From NCBI GenBank assembly GCA_002269645.1, contig NIVC01000934.1:210166-274165 (forward strand): DNA of 64,000 bases, in the 5' to 3' direction. The first letter of the stretch is position 1. Each line of letters begins with the position of its first letter. Below, one piece after another: positions 34,440 to 48,969 of this stretch. The DNA comes from Macrostomum lignano (lineage: Eukaryota). Under the pieces are notes generated by a model that was not told the origin of the DNA, ran no database searches, and was given only the letters and a program-made list of their open reading frames with translations. The position numbers were made by a program, and so were the translations under genes.

Positions 34440-36088
34440 ATTAACTATACATTTTACTGTTTTGACCTTGGGTACTTTGGTATAGCAGATGAAAGGCTAG
34501 GTATAATAGGTGATGTTTGTCTTTGACATTTTAGTGTTTAAAAAGCAAAGACAAAGATTGGCAATAGTTGTTAATTCATAATGTTGATTCTTCTACCCTG
34601 TTGTCTTATCTTGCATCCCAGAATTAATGTTATATAAATATATTGGTTTGGGCCTTGCGCCTATTAATTGCTCTGTTTATTATAGGTGCTTCTTACTCCT
34701 AGGAGTGTCCTCTGAGTAAGCCTCTGTATAAGCACAAGCCATCTTCTCAAACTCATTTTGTCATGCCAAGCCTCTCAAGTGATGCAATGCCTTCCTAAGA
34801 CACTGCTCCTGACCTGCCTTCTGGGACATCCATTAGGAGCTCAATGTCAATGGTCATTCCAGCATGTCACTTAGAGGCAAAGTTGAGATTCAGCTAGCCT
34901 CATTTGATGGCAACTGCCTAAACTATAGCTGTGAGGTTCAGGAAGATGCTCTAGTATAGACAAGGCAGGTCATCCTGCAGAATGTAGAGGTATAGGATCA
35001 CCTTGGGTGCCACATCTCAAGTGACGTCTGTGAATGCCTTCTCAAACTCTATTGCCTCCTGAGCAATGGCCATGACACAGAAAGGCAACTGGACTAGGTT
35101 GGCCACATAGTCTCGTCATATGGACCATTGACATTCCATTGTAGGCATAGATGAGAGCTACCTGGGTTTGCAAGGCCACAGATGAGGTCATGTCAATCAG
35201 GGAGGCCATTACCCTCTTGGGACTTTTAATGATTATAATAACAGTCTATATATATTTTATAAAGAAAAATGAATGTAAAAAATTTCTAAATCTAACTTAA
35301 GTCCCTATTCAAAGTGAATTTAGCCCATACTAATAGCCAAAAAAGAGAAAAAATGCAATTAAACATGGTGTGAAAGTCATAGCCATATAAAGCTTTGAAA
35401 ACCTTATATTGATTGATATTGCTACCTACTATTGCTGTCTAGGCATTCAGGGGTTGCATTGCTAAAGCCTTGCTAAGAGCAGGCCTACTAAGCTGTATGC
35501 AGGTACTAGTCATGCTGCCACACTTTAGCAGTTCTGCAAAGTGGTATAGGTTCAAGTTGCATGTGCTTGCACATTTAGCAGAGCCCAAATGCCAGCCAAT
35601 TTTTTATCAATTATAATAGCTTCTGTAAGCATCTATATTGATGCACTTAAACTAATTTTGTTTTAATTTGCAAGTTGCTAAGTAACAACTTCTATAGTTG
35701 TTATAGCATCCCCTAGCTACGAGGGGCTAGCTACGCATAGTCATACGAGTAAGTTTTAGGCTTTCTTATTACTATTACGAGCTATGCCCAAAACAGGGTA
35801 AGTTAGAAAGCATTGCAGTTGCCCATTGCCTCTAATTATCCAACCCTCTATCATCGGTGTGAGCATTTGGTTCTGCTTTACTAATTGCTCACCTGAGCGC
35901 TGAGTTCCTCTCCCTCAATCAGCTAGTTCGCTGCACCTGTCACCTCCACCCCGCTGCCCCTTTAATTGCTGGGCCAGCCATGCAGTCAGTTTGGTGACAG
36001 AAGCCGCTGTACACCCTGCTCAGGAGTACATAAGCATGAATGCCTGCTTATGCAATGCAACCCGCAGCCAAGCAGCCAGCCAGCAGCC

Positions 36089-36538
36089 ATGGAGCGCACC
36101 TACATCATGATCAAGCCGGACGGTGTCCAGCGCGGCCTTGTTGGCAAAATCATCAAGCGATTCGAGCAGCGCGGCTTCCGCCTGGTTGCCATGAAGATGA
36201 TGCAGCCCGGCCGGCCGCTGCTTGAGGAGCACTATGGCGATCTCAAGGCCAAGCCGTTCTTCCCCGGCCTTATCGACTACATGCTGTCCGGCCCGGTGGT
36301 CTGCATGGTCTGGGAGGGCGAGGAGGTGGTCAAGATCGGCCGCATGATGCTGGGCGCCACCAAGCCGATTGACAGCCTGCCCGGCACCATCCGCGGCGAC
36401 TATTGCATCGTGACTGGCCGCAACATCGTGCACGGCTCGGACGCGGTGGCCTCCGCCCAGAAGGAGATCGCCCTGTGGTTCAAGCCGGAGGAGCTGGTGG
36501 ACTACAAGCTGGCCAACCATGGCTGGATCTACGAGTAG
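36089..36538 (+). CDS. NME1: Nucleoside diphosphate kinase (group I NME1/2-like), 149 aa, single coding exon
   Basis: [18 protein letters not shown]...[15 protein letters not shown] with the catalytic His; C-terminal WIYE. The symbol is family-level only. Confidence 0.95.
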   Translation: MERTYIMIKPDGVQRGLVGKIIKRFEQRGFRLVAMKMMQPGRPLLEEHYGDLKAKPFFPGLIDYMLSGPVVCMVWEGEEVVKIGRMMLGATKPIDSLPGTIRGDYCIVTGRNIVHGSDAVASAQKEIALWFKPEELVDYKLANHGWIYE

Positions 36539-37026
36539 ATCTGGAGCATGACCTGCCCCAGCTGTCTGATGCGACTGACTCTGTCTGTTAATGCTATAGC
36601 CCAACTCCTCAGTAACTTAGCTCTCTTTTCATTCTCTATATTATCTGGGTTTGTAGCTTTTCTTAGTCTGTTCTGGTTCCTCTTCTCTGTTCTCTATGAA
36701 GCTTTGGCACCAGCTTTTGCCCTTGATGCGTTAGATTATGAGCACCCTAATTGCAGTGTTAACAATGCAGAGACCAGTTGCTTTAGTTTGTTAAGTTGGC
36801 CCTGCCGATTGCCCCGGCAGAATTGACCGCCTGTTCTTCTTGCAATACACGAATGAAAAGCGCTTAAGTTGCTTGCTTGTCTCCAGCTTGTTGGTCAACT
36901 GCTTCTTTGCACTTGTTTTCAATTTTGCTTTTTTTCCCGTAAGGCTACTGGCAGTAGTGTTTTGAGCAAGCTAGGCAAATTTATTTCTTAACAATAAGTA
37001 ACTCAAAGTAGGTCTCTGCAACTATC

Positions 37027-37516
37027 TTGTATTCCCAGTGTCTCATACCCGGTATTTCCTGTGTCTCATACCCGGTATTTCCAGTGTCTCATACCCGGTA
37101 TTCCCAGTGTCTCATACCCGGTATTCCCAGTGTCTCATACCCGATATACCCAATGTCTCATACCCGGTATTCCCAATGTCTCATACCCGGTATTTCCAGT
37201 GTCTCATACCCGGTATTTCCAGTGTCATACCCGGAATTCCCACTGTCTCACACTTGGTATTCCCAGTGTCTCATACCCGGTATTCCCAGTGTCTCAGACC
37301 CGGTATTCCCAGTGTCTCATACCCGGTATTCCCAGTGTCTCAGACCCGGTATTCCCAATGTCTCATACCCGGTATTCCCAGTGTCTCATACCCGGTATTC
37401 CCACTGTCTCATACCCGGTATTCCCAGTGTCTCATACCCGGTATTCCCACTGTCTCATACCCGGTATTCCCAGTGTCTCATACCCGGTATTCCCAGTGTC
37501 TCAGACCCGGTATTCC
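37027..37516. repeat. 23-bp minisatellite (cccggtattcccagtgtctcata)
   Basis: Directly visible. Confidence 0.95.
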
Positions 37517-38055
37517 GGGTTTCGCACGGGCACAGGTTTCGCACGAGATCACAGCTAGTATATGGGACATTATGTATTCGTATTCTATCCATGGCCGTCT
37601 GGTTGCCCCTCCCCATCCCCACTACTCCCGTCTACCGCCACCCGCCTCCTCCCTCCCGTCTCTCCCGCGCCACTTTCCCGCCATCGATCGATCGAGCCGC
37701 CTCTCCATCTGCTGCTACGGCAGCTTTTGCTGCTTTCGGGCTTATCTGACTCCCCTCTCTTTCCCTTGTAAACCCGGGGGCGTGCGCGCATCTTCCCTTA
37801 GGCCGGGGAATATTTCTCTCTCGAGTGGCCCTCGCTGCCCACGCGGCCTGTCTTTATTGGCTGTTGCAGCTGCCAGTCTATGGGACTGACGGCATTCCAC
37901 TCGGCGTGACTCACCCGGCCGTCAGTGGGATGTATATAATAACCCACTTATTTGGCTTAGTCTGCTTTCGCTTATAAGATAGCGCCTTATTAATAACTTA
38001 TCGTGTTTTATTATTCCAGCTTTCAAGCTAAACCAGCTACAGACACTGCCGAATC

Positions 38056-40257
<2,202 letters not shown>

Positions 40258-40849
40258 GAGACGCCTAATTAGCATCTCATTAGTTATGCGGAGTGCGAAC
40301 TGAACTGACCAGAATGCTTCATCATTGCAGCTTACCGAAAGCTCCTCAATTTTAATCTCCAGCTTCGCAACTGAGTCACAGCTTACTCGATTGACCAGAT
40401 ATCCAGTTTATTAGTAATAGTAATTCTCGGCTGAAATTTTGCTTTTAATTTACCCGACTCCGTATTCGAATATCCGACTCTGCTTTTCTAAGTTGCAATT
40501 TTTATTTTCGTTTTTAAATAACTGCATTTTCACTCTATTAATATTTAGCTGAAATTTTATTACCGCATTGCTTTGCTAATTACTTATTGTAGTTAATTAA
40601 TTATTAATTTAGTCGCTGCTCTTTTGCCGCTAATCTCGGTAAAGCTGTGCGTGAGCTTTAAACAGCGCAATGCAATTCATTTATCGTTTAACTTATTAAT
40701 ATCCATTCAAATTTATAACAGCTTCCAATAACTGACGCTTGCCGAGCACAAGTTTACTAATAATTACCGTCTTCGATCGCTTATAAATATCACTGTGATT
40801 GTCAGCCTTGTGTTCTTTATTTCTGGGTCAGCTGAATCGCATTGGTATA

Positions 40850-41692
40850 TCCTCACGCTCAGCTGTTATATCCTCATTCACTGCGGTTGAATCCTCATTC
40901 ACTGCGGTTGAATCCTCATTTACTGCAGTTATATCCTCATTGCTGCGGTTGAATCCTCATTCACTGCGGTTTTATCCTCATTCACTGCAGTTATATCCTC
41001 ATTCACTGCGGTTATATCCTCATTCACTGCAGTTATATCCTCATTCACTGCAGTTATATCCTCATTCACTGCGGTTATATCCTCATTTACTGCAGTTATA
41101 TCCTTATTCACTGCGGTTATATCCTCATTCACTGCAGTTGTATCCTCATTCACTGCAGTTGTATCCTCATTCACTGCGGTTGTATCCTCATTCACTGCGG
41201 TTGTATCCTCATTCACTGCGGTTATATCCTAATTCACTGCGGTTATATCCTCATTCACTGCGGTTGTATCCTCATTCACTGCGGTTATATCCTCACTCAC
41301 TGCGGTTATATCCTCACTCACTGTGGTTATATCCTCATTCACTGCAGTTATATCCTCATTTACTGCAGTTATATCCTTATTCACTGCGGTTATATCCTCA
41401 TTCACTGCAGTTGTATCCTCATTCACTGCAGTTGTATCCTCATTCACTGCGGTTGTATCCTCATTCACTGCGGTTGTATCCTCATTCACTGCGGTTATAT
41501 CCTAATTCACTGCGGTTATATCCTCATTCACTGCGGTTGTATCCTCATTCACTGCGGTTGAATCCTCATTCACTGCGGTTATATCCTCACTCACTGCGGT
41601 TATATCCTCACTCACTGTGGTTATATCCTCATTCACTGCAGTTATATCCTTATTCACTGCGGTTGTATCCTCATTCACTGCAGTTATATCCT
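40850..41692. repeat. 21-bp minisatellite (tatcctcattcactgcggtta) with a 273-bp higher-order repeat
   Basis: Variant units recur 273 bp apart (41081/41354; 41221/41494). Confidence 0.95.
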
Positions 41693-42573
41693 CTTTCCCT
41701 GTCTGAGAATCTCCCAAACACTGATTCATCGGGCCGGTCTGAGAAAGCTAAAAGAGAACCGGCTCAAACTGGTTGGGCTCAAAGTGCTCGCAGGCATAAA
41801 CAGTTTTGAGGCCAGACAGCAGACAGAATGTACTTTTAAGGGAGTGCACTGCTCGGTAGAGAACTGCTCGGAAATAGAGACGGGAGGACTCGAGTATTCA
41901 GCCAGTGCGGGACAGGGCAGGCATGCTGGGGATTTTAATCCTCAGTAGTATCTGTTGAGTATATTTGTTCCTATGAATATGCAATTCAGAGTTGAACTGT
42001 CAAAGTTGAGTTAATAATACTGAGAAATTACAAATAGCTCAAGTAATGTACGGCAGACATGCGAGGTCAACAGGTGCGAATAATACGTGTGCGTTAGGCA
42101 AATTATTAATATCATTATACTACTATAATTATAAGCTAATTATATGCAACAGCAAACAGGCTATGAACTCAAATTGAACTACTTTATGTTAGCAATCTAA
42201 AACAGCCGCTTCTCACTTCGCCAATGGTGTTCGAGTGCGCGAGAGTACATAATTGTGCTCAAATATTTGACTTTATTGTGCTATTCAATTGATTCTCTTC
42301 CAATTTCAATTCCGTTACCATGGCTACGGGAGAAGCGGGCGACGCTTGCGCGTTAAGGCCTTGACCTGGCAAAGTAAAACAGGACTAAGAGGGTCCGGGG
42401 GGTCAGATGAGGTCACACGGGGTCACCTGGCATGCGGGTTCGGGCGAACTCAAAAAGCAAAGAAAGCAAAAGGCGAAAATCTGGCGGGCTAGAAAGGCAC
42501 GCAGTTGAGCTCTCCTTTCTAACAGCAGAAGTCGTCAGAAGTCCTCTAAAAGAAGAAATCAGCGGCGGCCGAC

Positions 42574-45500
42574 TTAACTCTTCAGCTCGTCCTCGTATTG
42601 CTTGCGGAAGCAGTCGCCAACTGGGAAGAAATCCCAGCAGCGCTTCTGGTACAGCTCCCACACGTATGTCTCCTGGCCAGTGTACTCAGTGTCCGGCTTG
42701 TTGATCAGGTGCATCAGGAAGAACCTGCGGCGGGGTGGGGGCGGCCGGTTTCGGCTGGAGTTCTTGGCACCTGGTAGACTGCAGGGGTGGCACCTGGTAG
42801 ACTGGGGTGGCACCTGGTAGACTGGGGTGGCACCTGGTAGACTGGAGTAGCACCTGGTAGACTGGGATGGCACCTGGTAGACTGGGGTGGCACCTGGTTG
42901 GCTGGGGTGGCATCTGGTAGACTGGAATATGTCATCTGGTAGACTGGAGTGGCACCTGTGGTAGACTGGGTGAGATCTGGTAGATTGGGGTGGCATCTGT
43001 TAGACTGGGATGGCACCTGGTAGACTGGAGTGGCACCTGGTAGACTGGGGTGACATCTGGTAGACTAGGGTGGCACCTGGTAGGCTTGAATATGTCATAT
43101 GGTAGACAGGGGTAGCACCTGGTAGACACAAGTGCCAATGTTTATGCAGCACACTGATTTAGATTTCCTGTTAAATGTCCAAAAAAGACTACTGAAGCCA
43201 TTGGTGAGTAGCACGCAGCGAATTTGACTCTCACATGTAGTTGGCGAAGTTGTGCTCCTTGTCCACGTGCTTGTCGAAGCCGTGCGGCACCTTGTCGAAA
43301 TACTCTTTGCCGATGCCGCAGATGAAGCAGTTGGACTCCATGTTCTCCTTCACCTGCTCCAGCTGGTCGCGGAGCTCGCCGAAGGCGTCAATGATCAGAC
43401 CCTGGGGGTTGCGTTGGGATCGGTTTGCGTTTGAGGGACAGTGGCGTAAATAATGATTCTTTACTGAAATTCAGCTACTGAGAGGCTGATTGGGGATAAT
43501 TCCCGCCAGACCGGCTGATTGGGAATCTCCCCCCCCCCAAGACCAGGGGATTGGGGATAATCTCCCCCCCCTAACACCGGCTGATTGGGGATCTCCCCCC
43601 CCCCTAACACCGGCTGATTGGGGATAATCCCCCCCAAGACCAGGTGATTGGGGATAATCTCCCCCCCCCTAACACCGGCTGATTGGGGATAATCCCCCCC
43701 TAACACCGGCTGATTGGGGATAATCCCCCCCCAAGACCAGGTGATTGGGGATAATCCCCCCCCTAACACCGGCTGATTGGGGATAATCCCCCCCCTAAGA
43801 CCAGGCGATTGGGATAATCTCCCCCCCCCCCTAACACCGGCTGATTGGGGATAATCCCCCCCTAACACCGGCTGATTGGGGATAATCCCCCCCTAACACC
43901 GGCTGATTGGGGATAATCCCCCCCTAACACCGGCTGATTGGGGGTAATCCCCTCCAAGACCAGGTGATTGGGGATAATCTCCCCCCCCCCTAACACCGGC
44001 TGATTGGGGATAATCCCCCCCTAACACCGGCTGATTGGGATAATCTCCCCCCCTAACACCGGCTGATTGGGGATAATTCTGAAGAAAATTCGGCCAAGAA
44101 TCCGCAAGAGCTCGGACACTGGTCCGCTGCGATCCCCCGACAGCCGCAGGCGCCCACCTGGATGATGGCCAGCAGGATGACGATCACGAAGAAGAAGAAG
44201 GTGATGTCGAACAGGATGCGGTACACCTCGTAGGGGTCGCCGTCGGGCGACTCGATCTCGTCGCCGATGCCGCCGCCGGCGCGCAGGCCGGTGTGCATGT
44301 GGAACACGAAGCAGGTCAGCATGTCGTGGCACTTCAGGTCCTTCGCCCCGCCGTCGCCCTCCTTGACGTAGAACCGGCGGAAGAAGTTAAAGGCCAGTAC
44401 GGTGTACAGGTAGATGATGATGGAGGTCAGCAGCACCGTGAGCACCAGCTGCTTGCCGTTGTGCGTCACGGACTGCAGGATGGTGCGCAGCGTCTTGAAG
44501 CCGATGGCCACGTCCAGCAGGTGGCAGGCGAAGAAGAACTGATTGAAGTTGCCGATCAGCGAGGCGATCAGGTAGAACAGCAGGTACAGGAAGGAGTTGT
44601 CGGTGAGGATCACGCCCCACTTCCACACCAGGTACTGCACATCCAGCCCGCCCAGCAGCCGGCTGATGAGGCCCGGGCTGGGCGCCGCCTCGTCCGACTT
44701 CTTCATCCCCAGCAGCTTCACGATCTGCTCCTCGTCGAACTGGTCCTGGAACTTGTTCAGCACCTTCTTCTTCACGAACTTGTCCCAGTACATGTCCGGG
44801 AAGCTGGGGGTCGGCAGCACCAGCTTGTCCCAGTGGGCGCCGATGTTGTCCTCGCCTGCGGGCCGGGCGGCGGGGAGATTTGTGACTGGCTGAGCCCTGC
44901 CCTACCCTCTCCTCTGCCCTCTCCCCTGCCCTCTCCCCTGCCCTCTCCCCTGCCCTCTCCCCTGCCCTCTCCAATGCCCTCTCCTCTGCCCTCTCCCCTG
45001 CCCTCTCCCCTGCCCTCTCCTCTGCCCTCTCCCCTGCCCTCTCCCCTGCCCTCTCCCCTGCCCTCTCCCCTGCCCTCTCCTCTGCCCTCTCCCCTGCCCT
45101 CTCCCTTGCCCTCTCCCCTGCTCTCTCCCCTGCCCTCTCCTCTGCCCTCTCCCCTGCCCTCTCCCCTGCCCTCTCCTCTGCCCTCTCCCCTGCCCTCTCC
45201 CCTGCCCTCTCCCCTGCCCTCTCCCCTGCCCTCTCCTCTGCCCTCTCCCCTGCCCTCTCCCCTGCCCTCTCCTCTGCCCTCTCCCCTGCCTTCTCCCCTG
45301 CCCTTTCCCCGCCCCGGCCGGCAGCTCACCGGGCTGCTCGGAGATCCACATGCCGTCGAACTCGAGCATCCTGCTGATCTCCTTCTCCCTCTTGAACACG
45401 ACCAGCGGCACCTTCAGGCAGTTGTAGGCAATCAGCATGCTGAGGGCGAAGCAGGTGTGCAGCGCGGCCAGGACCCGCAGCAGCGGCCGCAGGTAGTACA

Positions 45501-48342
45501 CCGAGTCTGACAGGGTCACCCACTCCTCCGGCTCCTCCGCCTCGGCGGCCGTGGCACCCGCAGCTTCGGTGGCGTTGGTGACCGCCTCCACCGTGGCGTT
45601 GACCGCCGCCTTCACCGCCTCGGTGACGGCGGCAGCGATTCCACCTTCAGCCGCCTCTCCAGCGGCAGCGCCGGCGGCGGCTCCGTCGGTGGCGGAGGTG
45701 ACGCGGAAGAACAGCAGGATGAAGTTGATGAAGAAGGCCAGGCCCAGGGCCAGCAGCTTGAAGTTGTAGAAGTTCCTGGCGAATAGGGACAAGATGAAGG
45801 TGGAGGTGTCGATGGTGGGCGTCTCGCACTCCAGCTCCTCCTCCTCGGTGAAGGTCGTCGGCCCGTCGAACTCGAAGGAGTCTCGGCGCTGCAGGTCGCT
45901 GGACTGGTCCACCTTGGCCTCGTCCAGGGCGCACAGCTCGCGGGGGTCCAGCCGCTCCAGGGCGAGCTGCTCCTCCTCGGTGAGCAGCCACGGCTGCTTG
46001 GCCTGCAGCGCCTCCTGCACCTCCAGGCCGGTGTCCTCCGGCGCGAAGGCCAGGGCGAGGGCGAGCCGGCCGAGGTAGGCGAAGCTGCTCTTCACCACGA
46101 AGAAGACAAAGGTGAGCAGGGCGAGGAAGAGGCGCCAGGCGCCGCGCACCAGGCTGGCCGGCGTCAGGCCGCGCAGGACGGCGAAGAAGCCGCAGAAAAG
46201 CGAGCGGAAATTGCGGGAGGCGAACCGCCTGGCGCTGGAGAGCGCGCTGCTCACCCGCTTGACCCGCTCGCCCTCCAGGATGGCCTTTACGGCCGCCACC
46301 TGCGGGGTGGGCGTTGACGGAGTGAGTCTCATAGTGAGAGTCTCGGAGAGAGTCTCATAGTGAGAGTCTTGGAGTAAGTCTCATAGTGAGAGTCTCGGAG
46401 AGAGTCTTTTAGTGAGAGTCTCGGAGTGAGTCTCATAGTGAGAGTCTAGGAGTGAGTCTCATAGTGAGAGTCTCGGAGTGAGTCTCATACTGAGAGTCTC
46501 GGAGAGAGTCTCATAGTGAGACTCTTGGAGTGAGTCTTATAGTGAGAGTCTCGGAGTGAGTCTCATAGTTAGGGTCTCGGAGAGAGTCTTATAGTGAGAG
46601 TCTCGGAGTGAGTCTCATAGTGAGAGTCTTGGAGTGAGTCTCATAGTGAGAGTCTCGGAGTGAGTCTCATAGTGAGAGTCTCGGAGAGAGTCTTATAGTG
46701 AGAGTCTTGGAGTGAGTCTTATAGTGAGACACTTGGAGCGAGTCTTATAGTGAGAGTCTCGGAGTGAGTCTCATAGTGAGAGTCTTGGAGTGAGTCTCAT
46801 ACTGAGAGTCTTGGAGTGAGTCTTATAGTGAGAGTCTCGGAGTGAGTCTCATAGTGAGAGTCTCGGAGAGAGTCTCATAGTGAGAGTCTCGGAGTGAGTC
46901 TCATACTGAGACACTTGGAGTGAGTCTTAAAGTGAGAGTCTTGGAATGAGTCTCATAGTGAGACTCTTGGAGTGAGTCTTAAAGTGAGAGTCTTGGAATG
47001 AGTCTCATAGTGAGACTCTTGGAGTGAGTCTTATAGTGAGAGTCTTGGAGTGAGTCTTATAGTGAGAGTCTTGGAGTGAGTCTCATAGTGAGAGTCTCGG
47101 AGTGAGTCTTATAGTGAGAGTCTTAGAGTGATTCTTTTTTTAAAGTATTGAATTGTGTATCGACATGAGTGTCAGTGAGAGTCAGTGCGTCAGTCGCTCT
47201 CAAGGCATGGTAAGGCAAGTCCCAATATGCCTCAGCCCCATCAGCTCACCTGCCGGATGCTGAGCCCCAATGAGCCTCAGCCCCATCAGCTCACCTGCCG
47301 GATGCTGAGTCCCAATGAGCCTCAGCCCCATCAGCTCACCTGCCGGATGCTGAGTCCCAATGAGCCTCAGCCCCATCAGCTCACCTGCCGGATGCTGAGT
47401 CCTTCGCCCTCTCCGCTAACCCGTTGCGCGTGCTGCATCTCAAAGATGGTGTCCTCGCAGAAGTTGATAAAGGACTCCAGCTTCTCCTTGTCGCCGCCCT
47501 CGTTGATGACGGAGTAGAGGAAGGAGCGCTTGGACTCCTTGATCTGCGGCGCCTCCCACTGGTCGATGTTGCTCTGCGTCACCTCGAAGTAAACCCGCTC
47601 GATGCGGCCGCTGGAGCCCAGAATCTCGATGCGGCCCAGGTAGGGCTCGAAGTAGTCCAGCATGCACTGCGCCTTGCCCACCAGCCGCTCCAGCCTGGGG
47701 TCATTGGGGATGTGCTCATGCAGGTTGACCAGGAGCAGGGCCAGGTTGAAGCCGATCTCCTTGGCGGGGTTGTGGAACCGCTCTGTGAATTCGTTGAAGT
47801 CCACCTTGCCGTCTTGGTTGGCGTCCACGCAGTTCATGATGTACTCGATCTCCTCTCTGCGGGTGCGGCCGGTTCATGAGTCTTTGTTTTTGAGGCTGTC
47901 GGTTTCTGGCTGCTTTTAACGCAATCAGTTCCTTGCCTGGATCTGGAGACTATCAAGGTCTTTGTCTAGAAATTGTTGAAGTCTTTGTCTAGAGTTTCTT
48001 GGGGTCTTTGTCTAGAGTTTCTTGGGGTCTTTGTCTAGAGTATTTTGGGGTCTTTGCGTAGAGATTATTGGAGTCTTTGTCTACATAATTTTGGGTCTTT
48101 GTGTACAAATTTTTAGAATCTTGGTCTAGAGACAATCAGCGTCTGTTCCAGATCTGAAGAGAATTGGAGTCTTTGTTCAAATAAAAACGCACTGCTAGCA
48201 ACAACCAAAACTCGCGCACTCACTCAGAGTACATCTTCTGCTGCATCATGGCGTGCCGAAATTCCTTGTGTGAAATCACGCCGTCGCCGTTGATGTCGAA
48301 AGCCTGAAATTTTGACGATTGATTGATTGATTGACTGATGAC

Positions 48343-48379
<37 letters not shown>

Positions 48380-48934
48380 TATTGGTGGTTGGTTGGTTGG
48401 TTGGCTGGTTGATTGACTGATTGATTGGTTAATTGATTGGTTGGTTGGTTGGTTGACTGATTGATTGACTGATTGATTGGTTGATTGATTGGTTGGTTGG
48501 TTGGTTAGCTGGTTGATTGACTGATTGATTGGTTGATTGATTGGTTGGTTGGTTGGTTGGCTGGTTGACTGATTGATTGGTTGATTGATTGGTTGGTTGG
48601 TTGGTTGACTGATTGATTGACTGATTGATTGGTTGATTCATTGGTTGGTTGGTTGGTTGGCTGGTTGGTTGGTTGGTTGACTGATTGATTGGTTGGTTGG
48701 TTGGTTGGTTGATTGGTTGATTGATTGATTGGTTGACTGATTGATTGGTTGATTGATTGATTGGTTGGTTGGTTGATTGGTTGATTGATTGATTGGTTGA
48801 CTGATTGATTGGTTGATTGATTGATTGGTTGGTTGGTTGATTGGTTGATTGATTGATTGGTTGACTGATTGATTGGTTGATTGATTGATTGGTTGGTTGG
48901 TTGGTTGGTTGGTTGGTTGACTGATTGATTGATC

Positions 48935-48969
<35 letters not shown>

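Noticed and set aside
34740-35140. Foldback element from short inverted matches (gacctgcctt/aaggcaggtc; aatgtcaatggtc/gaccattgacatt)
   Set aside because: The matches are not nested consistently and no TIR or TSD was found; probably decayed repeat DNA.
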